Below, piece by piece: positions 1 to 9,643 of a stretch of DNA of 64,000 nt. Below the pieces are notes generated by a model. It did not search any database, had not been told where the DNA came from, and saw only the letters and a program-made list of their open reading frames with translations. Position 1 is the first letter of the stretch, and each line of letters begins with the position of its first letter. Origin of the DNA: an uncultured delta proteobacterium (GTDB lineage: Bacteria > Desulfobacterota > Binatia > DP-6); the NCBI GenBank assembly GCA_963815115.1, contig CAWFFN010000009.1:1760001-1824000 (forward strand), read 5' to 3'. The position numbers and the translations under genes were made by a program.

Positions 1-710
1 AACGGGTGCGTGGCGCCAGACGCATCCGGCATCTCCTCGGTCGCATGAACGTTCCGCCACCGGAGCGGGGTGTCCGGCCGAGGTGCTTCGACTGGCTCGC
101 CCTGGTGGCGCGTGCGACGAAGATCGCTGATCGCCGCGATTCTACCAATCCCTTCGGCTTCCCGAACGAAACCTACGCGCGACTGCTCGAGAAGGGCGTC
201 ATCACGGGCGGCATCGCGCTCTATCGGAGCGGCTCGACCAACCGCGAGGGCCAGAGCTATCCGCCGCCGACGGCGTGGCACGACAACGTGCTCCACTCGG
301 CGCAGTGGTCGGATCTGGCGCTCGCCGTGGCGGTCCTGCGCGAGCTCGGAGCACGGCCGTTCGTCTGGACCACGCCGCTGCCCGGAGTCTACGACGACTA
401 CACGCCGGTCTCCGTTGCCGCACGGCAGGCGTACTACGATCGCTGGGAGCGAGAGCTGCGGAAGCTCGGGGTACCCTGGCTCGACTTCCGATCCGCGGAC
501 GAGGATGTCTTCTTCATGACCGATACCGCCGCGCACTTCAGCCCGCGCGGCTGGATCTTCGCGGACCGGGCGCTGGACCTGTTCTGGCATGGAAAGGCGG
601 ACGGCGAGATCCGCGCCGCGCTCGACACGCTCGCCCGGCAGGTCCCGCCGCCCCCGACCGCGACCACCTGGGAGCGGCGCTCCCGCGCGCAGGACGTGGC
701 GCCACGGTGA
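1..710 (+). CDS. DltD-like protein (D-alanyl-lipoteichoic acid biosynthesis family), C-terminal part; 5' end outside window
   Basis: Frame is open from the window edge. SAQWSDLALAVAVLRELGARPFVWTTPLPGVYDDYT...RQAYYDR...LDF...FFMTDTAAHFSPRGW matches the DltD C-terminal pattern (S.EY.D..L.L...P.NG.WYDYTG...RQ.YY...DF...YFM.DT.H..W.GW). Confidence 0.7.
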   Translation, partial: RVRGARRIRHLLGRMNVPPPERGVRPRCFDWLALVARATKIADRRDSTNPFGFPNETYARLLEKGVITGGIALYRSGSTNREGQSYPPPTAWHDNVLHSAQWSDLALAVAVLRELGARPFVWTTPLPGVYDDYTPVSVAARQAYYDRWERELRKLGVPWLDFRSADEDVFFMTDTAAHFSPRGWIFADRALDLFWHGKADGEIRAALDTLARQVPPPPTATTWERRSRAQDVAPR

Positions 711-729
711 TGGAGAACGTGCCGCCGGC

Positions 730-2418
730 TCATGACGGCGGGCAGGCGCTCACGGGTGTGGGCAGCGCACCGCCGGTGGTGCGCACCGCGCCGAACGTCG
801 ACCCCTCGAGGCGGGTTCTGTCCGACGGCTGCGACGGGATCACCTGGGCGTAGCCGCCGACGTATCCGCAGAAGCCGTTGTTCGAGGTGGTCGCGCCGGT
901 GAGGACGAATTCGTTGACGGTCAGCAACGGGTCGCCGAGGAGTCGGTAGGCGTCCAGCGGAACGGGCTGGCTGCCGAAATTGGCCGTGAACCTGCCGTCG
1001 GCGGACACGGCGACGTTCGTCGCGATCCACGGCTGACCCACGGGCGCCTTGCTGGTGTCATCGAGCGGCTGGAGGCTGAGGTCGAGGCCCGTACCGTGAA
1101 CCTGCACGTCGGCCCGGAAGGACAGGACCTGCGCCGGCCAGATCACCGGGGCGAGCGTCAGGAGGTGAGAGCCCGTGACGTCGAACGCCGTGGTGTCGGC
1201 GGGCAGCGGAGGCGGCGCGCAGCCGCGCTTCGGGAGGGGATGTACGCAGCCGGCGGGCGCGCGTTTGAAGTCGACGTCGGCCAGCCAGATGTCGCTCGGC
1301 GACGAGATGCCCTCGAACCACGGCAGCTCCTGATCGACCGGGCTGGTGTACCAGGCCAGCAGGGACCGATTCCGGGAGAGCGGCGCCAGCGAGGTGTAGG
1401 CGGTGTCGCCGGAGCTCTTCAGCTCCTGGATCTCGCAGACCTCGATCGGCGCGCTGGGGTCGGTCAGGTCGCCCCGCAGCTCGTAGATCGCGGTCCGCTT
1501 GAACGTGCATGGCAGGTGCTTGCGGGCAAAGACGAAGCTGCGCGTGCGTCCGTTGGCGCGGCGGACCACCCAGGTCGGGCCGTCCAGGCGCTGCTCGATG
1601 CGGCGGCCGCACTCCCAGGTGGTGAACGGGTCGTGCGATGTGCAGATCGCGGTCTGTCCGTCGGCCAGGATGTCCTGGTCGTCGAGGCGGACCAGCGCGA
1701 CCGCGGTGTCGTGGTTCCTGCCGAGGAACTGCAGCTCGGCCTCGCTCGGCACGTCGTTGTATGACGCGATGATCGTGGATCGCTTCTCCCAGGTGATGCC
1801 GTCGTCGGAGGCGAACAGGCCGACCGCGACGTCGAAGTCCTGATAGCCCGTGGCGAACAGCGTCCGCCGGTGCCTGCCGGCCTTGACGTACGGGCGCTCC
1901 GTGTACCGCCAGAAGCCCCAGTACGTCTCCATTCCGGTTGCGTCGACGTCCTGGTACGTCCTCACCGGCGGGGTCCACGTACGCCCGCCGTCGCTCGACT
2001 CGGCGCGGACCGTCCATGCCTGACCGCCCAGGTCGCGGTAGTGGAAGCCCGGCACGCGGCTGATCGCGTAGAGAAACAAGCGGCCGCCCACCTCGACCAG
2101 CTTGGGATCGCGGATGTCCCGGCCGCCGGGGAGGTCGTTGGCATTCACCTCGCCCAGGAGGGTGAACGTCCGCCCGCGGTCGCGCGACTCGAAGATGTTG
2201 ATGTGCGCGCGCGCCGATCCGATCTGGCCCTGCTCACCGCCCCGAAATGCGAGCAGGATGCGACCGTGGAGACGGATCATCGCCGTGTTCTCGTTGTGCA
2301 ACCCGTCCGCATAGACGATGCGCTGATCGGTGGCGAAGCTGGCAGGAGCGGCGTCGGAACCGCGTCCGCCTCCGATCAGGGCGACTACGAGCGCGACGAT
2401 CGACGACCTCATTCGCAT
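730..2418 (-). CDS. Secreted Asp-box (BNR) repeat beta-propeller, sialidase-like, with extra C-terminal domain
   Basis: Signal peptide MRSSIVALVVALIGG; Asp boxes SRDRGRTF, SSDGGRTW, SDDGITW, SHDPFTTW; DIRDPKL motif. Start chosen at MRMRSS. Confidence 0.7.
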   Translation of the reverse strand: MRMRSSIVALVVALIGGGRGSDAAPASFATDQRIVYADGLHNENTAMIRLHGRILLAFRGGEQGQIGSARAHINIFESRDRGRTFTLLGEVNANDLPGGRDIRDPKLVEVGGRLFLYAISRVPGFHYRDLGGQAWTVRAESSDGGRTWTPPVRTYQDVDATGMETYWGFWRYTERPYVKAGRHRRTLFATGYQDFDVAVGLFASDDGITWEKRSTIIASYNDVPSEAELQFLGRNHDTAVALVRLDDQDILADGQTAICTSHDPFTTWECGRRIEQRLDGPTWVVRRANGRTRSFVFARKHLPCTFKRTAIYELRGDLTDPSAPIEVCEIQELKSSGDTAYTSLAPLSRNRSLLAWYTSPVDQELPWFEGISSPSDIWLADVDFKRAPAGCVHPLPKRGCAPPPLPADTTAFDVTGSHLLTLAPVIWPAQVLSFRADVQVHGTGLDLSLQPLDDTSKAPVGQPWIATNVAVSADGRFTANFGSQPVPLDAYRLLGDPLLTVNEFVLTGATTSNNGFCGYVGGYAQVIPSQPSDRTRLEGSTFGAVRTTGGALPTPVSACPPS

Positions 2419-2547
2419 CTGACCTAGGAAGCACAACGCGGGGATTCGGGCCAGAACCCGGCGCAGCCTCGGCGTGGGGCCGGGGGCGTGGCGGCCCGTG
2501 ACGCGGGCGCTCCCGCGGCGACGCTCGACCGGCGACCGGTCGGCGAC

Positions 2548-3903
2548 CTACGCGGCGGCCAGGATCTCCCCGGCGGCACGTTCGCCGGAGCGGACGGCTC
2601 CGTCGATCGCGCCGTACGAGATCGTCGCGGTCTCGGTGCCGGCCCAGTGCACTTGGCCGAACGGTCGGCGCAGCAGCGATCCGTACCTCGTCAGGATCCC
2701 CGGCGACCAGTGCGCCATCGAGCAGCCGCGCGTCCAGGGCTCTTTCCACCACGGCGTCTCGATGAACGCCGACGGCGAGCCCGCGCGCGGGCCGAAGCGT
2801 TCGACCATCGCAGCGATGACCTGGCGGCGACGCTCGCCGGCGTCGAGCGCATCGACGCGTTCGGCAATCGGCCCGAAGGTGAAGGAAGCCATCACCCCCG
2901 GCTTGCCAGCGGCGGGTGAGGCGTCGAGCGTCACTTCCGACGCAGACTGCGGACCGGCGGACTGGCCGCTGAAGCCGGCGATGCGCCAGAACGGCTCGTC
3001 GTAGACGAGCAGCGTCTTGGTCTCCGGACCCGCCGTCGAGTGCCGATACAACGCCACGCGGTCCTCGGGCAGAACGGGATCGAAGGCGATCTCCAGCGCC
3101 AGTGCGGGTGGAACGGCGACCACGGCGTGCCGAGCGGACACGGTGATGTCGGCGCTCTCGACGACGACGCGATCCGCACGCTGCAGGATGGCGCGCACGG
3201 GTGTGTCCAGGCGTACGGCATCGCCGAGCTCGTCGGCCACGCGCCGCGCGATCGACCCGGCGCCGCCGACGACCAGGTTCTCCTGGTAGCCACCCTTGAT
3301 CGACACCAGCGGGTTGAAGCCGCCCGATGCCTGGATCAGGAACAGCAGGTTGAGGAAGGACACCTGGTTCAGGTCGCCGCAGAACAGCCCGCGCACGACC
3401 GAGTCGAACAGGTCGCGTGCGATCGCGGTGCGGATCCCCGAGCGCTCGAGAAACCAGGCCACGGAGCGCGCGTCCCACTCCCCGGCGCGCGCGGCCGTCC
3501 ACGGCGCCTCCACCGGCAGGCGCTTCGCCATGCGATCGAGCTTGGCCTGCGCGAGGACGATCGTCAGGATCGCCGACAGGCCGATCTTGGGGATCAGACC
3601 GCGGTATCGCCGTATCCTGCCCCCGCCGACGAGCAGATGATGGCCGTCGTCGTACGTCTTGTACGTCGACACGCCCACCTCGCTCGCCAGCTTGCGGACC
3701 GCGTCGTGCCGGTTCGCGAGCCACCCACCGCCGCGATCGACCGGCGAACCGTCCGGCAGGTGGAAGGTCCAGATGCGGCCGCCGATACGGTCGCGCGCTT
3801 CGAGGACGACGACCGACTTGCCCGCCTGCGTCAGTCGCCGCGCGGCGGTGAGCCCGGCGTAGCCGGCGCCGACGACACAGACGTCCACGTCCATCCGCTC
3901 CAT
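2548..3903 (-). CDS. Flavin monoamine oxidase family protein
   Basis: VVGAGYAGLTAA dinucleotide motif, LEARDRIGGR, C-terminal HWAGTETA...GAIDGAVRSGERAA. Confidence 0.9.
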   Translation of the reverse strand: MERMDVDVCVVGAGYAGLTAARRLTQAGKSVVVLEARDRIGGRIWTFHLPDGSPVDRGGGWLANRHDAVRKLASEVGVSTYKTYDDGHHLLVGGGRIRRYRGLIPKIGLSAILTIVLAQAKLDRMAKRLPVEAPWTAARAGEWDARSVAWFLERSGIRTAIARDLFDSVVRGLFCGDLNQVSFLNLLFLIQASGGFNPLVSIKGGYQENLVVGGAGSIARRVADELGDAVRLDTPVRAILQRADRVVVESADITVSARHAVVAVPPALALEIAFDPVLPEDRVALYRHSTAGPETKTLLVYDEPFWRIAGFSGQSAGPQSASEVTLDASPAAGKPGVMASFTFGPIAERVDALDAGERRRQVIAAMVERFGPRAGSPSAFIETPWWKEPWTRGCSMAHWSPGILTRYGSLLRRPFGQVHWAGTETATISYGAIDGAVRSGERAAGEILAAA

Positions 3904-4598
3904 CAGGCTTCGCCGACGGCTTCGTGGATGGCGCGGCAGTGGCGCACCAGGTGGTCGTGCGCCACGACGAAGCGCTTCAGCGGCGTGTCGATGTCGTAGA
4001 AGAAGATGTTCGCGACGAACCCGTAGATCCCGGCGTCGATGCTCGTCGGCCGCTCACCGTGGACGTAGCCCGTCGTCGGAACCAGCCGCGCGAGCACGCC
4101 CAGGTCCGCGAGGCCGCGCGCCATCGCGTCGTCCGGCTGGTAACGGCCGATGCCCTGGAAGTGGTAGCGTTGCGCGTTGTACTCGCGCGCGCGCAGGAGG
4201 GTCGCCTCCGTCAGTCCGGGATGCTCGCGCAACATCGCGTCCCGAAAGGCGGGCCAGTAGCGGTCGTCCTTCCAGCGCGAGTACGACATGACCCAGTAGA
4301 GGTCGTCGAGCAGGCGCGTGATCAGCAGGTTCCGATCGCGCTGCGCCTGGTCGAGATCGGCGTCGATCGTCAGGCGATGCTTGCGGACGAGATGGGCGAG
4401 GATGGTATCGCTGTCGCCGACGATCTCGCCGTCGTCGACGACGTAGGGGAGCTGGCCGCGCGGGGCATGCGAGGTGTCGACGACGTGCTCGTGACGGAAG
4501 GGGACGCCGGTGAGCCGGAGGAAGGCGTAGACCTTGAGGCCGTAGCCATTGTTGTCGGCGACGCCGAAGAGCCTGGGGTACGAGTAGAGCGTCAGCAT
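3903..4598 (-). CDS. Glutathione S-transferase family protein (metaxin/Tom37-like)
   Basis: APRGQLPYV...DSDTI GST N-domain; PTSIDAGIYG N-capping box; stop overlaps the next start. Confidence 0.8.
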   Translation of the reverse strand: MLTLYSYPRLFGVADNNGYGLKVYAFLRLTGVPFRHEHVVDTSHAPRGQLPYVVDDGEIVGDSDTILAHLVRKHRLTIDADLDQAQRDRNLLITRLLDDLYWVMSYSRWKDDRYWPAFRDAMLREHPGLTEATLLRAREYNAQRYHFQGIGRYQPDDAMARGLADLGVLARLVPTTGYVHGERPTSIDAGIYGFVANIFFYDIDTPLKRFVVAHDHLVRHCRAIHEAVGEA

Positions 4599-4936
4599 CG
4601 GCGGCTACGCTGCGGAAGACCCATACGCCGCCTGCGCGCGGAAGGGAAAGAGGGCCTCCGCGAACGACGCGCCCTTCGCGGACAACGGCGTCATGATCGT
4701 GCGACGCCTTGGCCTTGCCCTGCGCCTCAGCCGCCGGCTTCCCTGCCGACCGTGAAGGGATCACCAATCAGCCAGCACCAGGTCCCATCTGCCTGACGGC
4801 GCGCAAAGCGTCGCAATGGAGCACTCCGACGACTTGTGACTCGCGAGGATCCCAGCACTGGCGCAGCGCTGGCCCTCGGGCCTGGCCAATCGGCACCCTT
4901 CGCAACGGCGGCAATTCGGCGACCGCGGCCCGTCCG

Positions 4937-6928
4937 TCACGGCGCGCCGTAGAGCGCGAACGGATGCGTCGCGGGCAGACCGCGCGCCGTCGCGTCGGTC
5001 ACCGGACTCACCGCGCGGGTCTCGTCGAACCAGATGTACTCGTCGAACTGGTGCGGCAGCGAGGCGTGAAAGTAGTGGCTCTGGAGCTCGGTATCCGGCC
5101 GGTAGATCACCCCGATGGCACGCTCGAGCCGCGGCGGCTCCAGCTCCGCGCGCACCTCGGGACGGCGGGGATCGCGCAGATGCACCATGCCCGCCGCGAG
5201 GCCCGACTCGTGAAACACGCGCTCGTAGCTCTCCGCGTGCGCGGCGCGCACGTCCATCACGTGCATCGGCCCGTCCCACTCGTGCGCCGCGGCCACCGTA
5301 CCGTGGTCGGTCCCGCAGCCGACGAGGAACGCCGCCGGGCCGAAGGCCTGCCTGGCGAGATGGCCGACGTTGATCTCGCCGCGCACGCCCATCTCGGTGG
5401 CCGCCGCGTCGCCGAGGTGCGAGTTGTGCTCCCAGATCACGATCTTCGAGCCCGTCCCGTGGAACGTCAGCAGGGCCTGCACCGTGTCGAACATGTGGCC
5501 GTCGCGCAGGTTCCACGACTCCGCACCTCCGTAGTACATCACGCGGTAGTATCGCTCGGCGCTGGCGACGACGGCCGCGTTGCGGACCGCGTCGAGGAAG
5601 GAGGCCCCGTCGCGCTCCGTGTACTCCAGCTCCTTCGCGAGCAGGTCGCGCAGCATCGCCACCACCTCGCGCTCGCAGATGCGATACCGTCCCGTCACGG
5701 CGGCGCGCCCGTAGGTCGCCGGATCGCCCTCCCAGGGCGTCAGGCTACCGTAGCGCTGGCGCGCCACCTGGGCGGTCGCTGGGTCGATCCGGTCCAGGTA
5801 CTCGAGCACCATCCGGATCGAGGTGTACATGCTGTAGAGATCGAGGCCGTAGAAGCTCACGCCGGCGTCGGCGTCGCGCATCGCGTTCCACTCGCGCAGC
5901 CACTCGGCGAACTCGAGCGTCTCGTGGTTGCGCCACATCCAGGTGGGGAATCGCGCGAAGGCGCGCCACGGCCGTCCCGCCAGGGGCCGGAGCCCGTGCA
6001 CGTAGCGGTTGACGCGTGCCGCGTCGGGCCAGTCGCCCTCGATGGCGACGATCCCGAACCCGCGTGAGCGAATGAGCTCCCGGGTGATGCGGGCCCGCAT
6101 GGCGTAGAACTCGGAGGTGCCATGCGTCGCCTCGCCGATGAGCACCAGGCGCGCGTCTCCGATGCGCTCGAGGAGGGAGCCGAGATCGCCGCGCGCGATG
6201 TCGTCGATCGGCTCGGCCACCTCGCGCATCAGCCGCGCGATGGTGGCGGGACGGGAGGGATGCCGCGGGGCCCTTGCCGCCTCCGGAGCCCAGCCCTCCT
6301 CGCCGATGAGCGGCACGAAGCGGACGCCGCCCAGGTCCTCGTGCTCGAGGCTCCCGTCGGCGCGGCGGGTGACGCGGACAAGCTGCTGCGCCTTCTCCTC
6401 GCCGATGGGAATGACGAGCCGCCCGCCCGGAGCGAGCTGCGCCAGCAGCGACCCGGGGACATTCGGTCCACCGGCGGCGACCACGATGGCATCGAAGGGC
6501 GCATGCTCCGGCCACCCGAGGGTCCCGTCACCGTGCCGGACGAACACGTTGTGAAAACCGAGCTCCGCGAGGCGCGTCCGCGCACTCTCCGCCAGCTCCG
6601 CGTGGCGCTCGATCGTGTAGACCTCGCGCGCAACGCGGGCCAGTACCGCCGCCGCATAGCCGGAGCCCGTGCCGATCTCGAGCACGCGGTCGCGGGGACC
6701 CAGCTGGAGGGCCTCCGCCATCAGGGCGACGATGAACGGCTGGGAGATCGTCTGTCCCTGCTCGATGGGCAGGGGAGCATCCCGATAGGCGAATTCCTCC
6801 AGCTCCGGGCGGAGAAACCGCTCGCGAGGCACCGATCGCATGGCAGCCAGTACCCGGGGGTCGCGGACGCCCCGTCCAGCAATCTCTCGCTCGACCATGC
6901 GGTCGCGCTGGGTTGCGAAGTCGGGCAC
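4937..6928 (-). CDS. Protein-L-isoaspartate O-methyltransferase fused to erythromycin-esterase-family domain
   Basis: N-terminal GQTISQP, VLEIGTGSGY, APFDAIVV (Pcm); C-terminal LIGEATHGTSEFY, IEGDWPD, FPTWMWRN, WNLRD, WEHNSH, ERAIGVIY (Ere family). Confidence 0.9.
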   Translation of the reverse strand: MPDFATQRDRMVEREIAGRGVRDPRVLAAMRSVPRERFLRPELEEFAYRDAPLPIEQGQTISQPFIVALMAEALQLGPRDRVLEIGTGSGYAAAVLARVAREVYTIERHAELAESARTRLAELGFHNVFVRHGDGTLGWPEHAPFDAIVVAAGGPNVPGSLLAQLAPGGRLVIPIGEEKAQQLVRVTRRADGSLEHEDLGGVRFVPLIGEEGWAPEAARAPRHPSRPATIARLMREVAEPIDDIARGDLGSLLERIGDARLVLIGEATHGTSEFYAMRARITRELIRSRGFGIVAIEGDWPDAARVNRYVHGLRPLAGRPWRAFARFPTWMWRNHETLEFAEWLREWNAMRDADAGVSFYGLDLYSMYTSIRMVLEYLDRIDPATAQVARQRYGSLTPWEGDPATYGRAAVTGRYRICEREVVAMLRDLLAKELEYTERDGASFLDAVRNAAVVASAERYYRVMYYGGAESWNLRDGHMFDTVQALLTFHGTGSKIVIWEHNSHLGDAAATEMGVRGEINVGHLARQAFGPAAFLVGCGTDHGTVAAAHEWDGPMHVMDVRAAHAESYERVFHESGLAAGMVHLRDPRRPEVRAELEPPRLERAIGVIYRPDTELQSHYFHASLPHQFDEYIWFDETRAVSPVTDATARGLPATHPFALYGAP

Positions 6929-7218
6929 GACCGTACGCTAGCAGTGGGCGTGCCATGACCCGTGCCCGACCCTGACAACGTGGGTTCCCGCCGCTGGGAG
7001 CCGACCGCGCGTCGTTTTCCCATCGCTGCGAGCGGTCTGCGCACCCCTCGACGGTTCCCGCTGCGGCGCTGAGCGTGCCCACGCCAGCGGTGCCGAAGAA
7101 GCGCGCCGCGAACGGCTGATCCGTTGCGCCGCCGACGGGCGCAGAGGCGTCTTGCCGGCGACGTACGCGTTGGGGTACCTCGGCCGGGCGATTGCTGGGA
7201 AGGGAGGGCCTTCGTGTG

Positions 7219-7680
7219 ATGTCGAATCGGGCGAGAGGAGGCGTCACGGCCGTCGCGCTTGCCGTACTGCTCTCTGGGACGCTTTCCGGGTGGGCACAGC
7301 CGTCGGGGGGAGCCCGAGGATGCTGCTGCCTGATGCAGGGTGTCACCTTCGTCTGCGGCGAGAAGACCCAGACCGAGTGTCTGGCGATCCTGCCGGCGGC
7401 GCCCACCTTCGCCAAGATCGCCGACTGGAAGAAGGCCGTGGCGGCGTCGAAGGCGCAGGAGGGTCAGCCGATGAAGGGCGGCTGGATCGGCGAGTCGTGC
7501 GCGAAGGGGGAGGCACGACCGGGGTGCTGCTGTTTCCCGAAGCTGCACCCGACCGGAGACGACCGCTTCGACTGCAAGGCGAGCATGACCGAGTTCGATT
7601 GTCGGGCCGAGTGCTCGATGTTCAAGGACGGGCGTGAGCCGTCGGGATGTACCTGGGCGGTGGGGACCTGCCAGCACTGA
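7219..7680 (+). CDS. Secreted Cys-rich protein with two GCCC-containing repeats
   Basis: Signal peptide ending in SGWA; 14 Cys; GCCC occurs twice; GC-rich third codon positions. Confidence 0.65.
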   Translation: MSNRARGGVTAVALAVLLSGTLSGWAQPSGGARGCCCLMQGVTFVCGEKTQTECLAILPAAPTFAKIADWKKAVAASKAQEGQPMKGGWIGESCAKGEARPGCCCFPKLHPTGDDRFDCKASMTEFDCRAECSMFKDGREPSGCTWAVGTCQH

Positions 7681-7689
7681 GCCGTCCGC

Positions 7690-8775
7690 ATGGAGTTCGG
7701 TCTCTTCTTCGAGCTGTCGGTCCCGCGTCCGTTTGCCGACGGCGTCGAGCGTGCCGTCTACGACAACGCCCTGGAGCAGGTGCGCCTCGCCGACGCGCTC
7801 GGCTTCGACGCCGTGTGGGCGGTCGAGCATCACTTCCTCGAGGAGTACTCGCACTGCTCGGCGCCCGAGGTGTTCCTCACCGCCTGCGCCGTCCAGACGC
7901 AGCGCATCCGCGTCGGGCACGGTGCCGTCGTCTGCGTACCGGAGATGAACCATCCGGTGCGGGTCGCCGAGCGTGCGGCCGCGCTCGACATCATCTCCGG
8001 AGGCCGTCTCGAGGTCGGCACGGCGCGCTCGTCGACCTGGACGGAGCTTGGCGGCTTCAACTCCGACCCCGACACGACGAAGAAGACATGGGACGAGTAC
8101 GTGCGCGTGCTGCCGAAGATGTGGACGCAGGAGCGCTTCGCCTGGGACGGCGTCTCGTTCTCCATGCCCGAACGCGCGGTGCTGCCGAAGCCCATTCAGA
8201 AGCCGCATCCGCCGCTCTGGGTGACGGTGACGAGCCCCGGCACGGAGCTCGATGCCGCCGAGCGCGGCATCGGGTCGCTCGGCGTCGCCGCGGCGAGCTT
8301 CGCCGAGCAGGAACGCCGCACGCGCGAGTACCACCGCCGGATTCGCCAGTGTGACCCTGTGTCGAGCGTGGTCAACGACAAGGTCGCGACGCTGAACTTC
8401 CTCTACTGCCACGAGGATGCCCGGCAGGCCGCCGCGACCGGCATGCGCATGCTCGGGGTCTTCTCGTTCTTCAACGCGAACCTCCTCCCGACCCGCGAGG
8501 CGTACCCGACGCGGGCCTACCAGTCGCTCGGCGCGCTCGCCCCGACGCCGGGCGCCGAGGCCGGCGGCCCTGGCGATCCGCGCGGCATCCCCGACGGCAT
8601 CGCGATCGGGGACCCGGCCCGCATCGTCAAGGCCATCAAGCGCTGGGAGTCGATCGGAGTCGACGCGCTCAACTTCATCGTGAACACCGTCGAGACGATC
8701 CCGCAGGCGGACGTGCTCGCGAGCCTCCGTTTGTTCGCGACCGAGGTCATGCCACATTTCCGGAACGGCCGCTGA
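7690..8775 (+). CDS. LLM-class (luciferase-like) flavin-dependent oxidoreductase
   Basis: MEFGLF, WAVEHHF..EYSH, HPVRVAERAAALD.ISGGRLE.G, PKPIQKPHPPLW. Confidence 0.9.
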   Translation: MEFGLFFELSVPRPFADGVERAVYDNALEQVRLADALGFDAVWAVEHHFLEEYSHCSAPEVFLTACAVQTQRIRVGHGAVVCVPEMNHPVRVAERAAALDIISGGRLEVGTARSSTWTELGGFNSDPDTTKKTWDEYVRVLPKMWTQERFAWDGVSFSMPERAVLPKPIQKPHPPLWVTVTSPGTELDAAERGIGSLGVAAASFAEQERRTREYHRRIRQCDPVSSVVNDKVATLNFLYCHEDARQAAATGMRMLGVFSFFNANLLPTREAYPTRAYQSLGALAPTPGAEAGGPGDPRGIPDGIAIGDPARIVKAIKRWESIGVDALNFIVNTVETIPQADVLASLRLFATEVMPHFRNGR

Positions 8776-8776
8776 C

Positions 8777-9511
8777 GTGCTCTTCGGAACCGCCGACGTC
8801 GACGCGCTCGCCGCAAACGCTCCGGTGATGGAGCGTCTCGACACCGAGCCGCTCGTGCTGCCGGACGCCTGGGTGCTACAGGTGACCTACGAGATGCCGG
8901 CGACGGCGCGCGAGGTGCTGCTGCCGCCGGCGCTCCAGCCGACCGATCCGCCGCTCGTGTCCTGGACGTTCCTCCGCTGTGCGTCGGGGCCTCTCGGCGC
9001 CTTCGTGCTCGCGCAGCTCCGGGTCGAATGCCGGAGCGGCCTGCGCCCACGGGGTTTTCTCATCACCTCGCTGATCGACGCGGCGGACGCCGGCCGCGCG
9101 CTCACGGCGCGCTGGGGCTACGGCCCCCGGCCCGGCGACGTGCGGCTCGCGCGCCAGTACGACGCCGTGACGGGGACATGCTCCGTGGACGGCCGCACCA
9201 TCCTCGACGTCGCGCTGCGGGATCCCGATCCACTCGGACCGCACGACATCCAGTACACGGCGAGCATGCATCTCGCGCGCACGCCGCGCGGCGTGCGCCT
9301 CGTCCAGGTCGACCCCACGTTCGCGGTACAGCGCGCGGAGCGCGGCCGGCCCCATCTCTCGACATTCGACGCCGCCGCGTGGGGTGATGCGCGGATCGTC
9401 CCGGCGCATCCGGTCTCGGCGTCGATCGCGGTCGCCGAGGTCACGCTGCCGAGGCTGCGCTACCTCTGCCGCCCTGAGGTGTGGGCGTTCGACGGGACGG
9501 AGAGCCTGTAG
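8777..9511 (+). CDS. Acetoacetate-decarboxylase-like fold protein
   Basis: LLPPALQPT.PP, G.F..AQ.R..CR, WGY pattern; starts 1 nt after the LLM stop. Confidence 0.6.
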   Translation: MLFGTADVDALAANAPVMERLDTEPLVLPDAWVLQVTYEMPATAREVLLPPALQPTDPPLVSWTFLRCASGPLGAFVLAQLRVECRSGLRPRGFLITSLIDAADAGRALTARWGYGPRPGDVRLARQYDAVTGTCSVDGRTILDVALRDPDPLGPHDIQYTASMHLARTPRGVRLVQVDPTFAVQRAERGRPHLSTFDAAAWGDARIVPAHPVSASIAVAEVTLPRLRYLCRPEVWAFDGTESL

Positions 9512-9643
9512 CGCAGCGGTCTGGCTCGTCCCGATACACGCGAGCCTTTTCGCCACCGATCGCTGAGGCCTATCGGGAGAATGCCTTGTGCCCAGGATTC
9601 CCAGAGCGCTCGCGCCGTGTAGACTCTGCCAGTTGTCGCTCCT

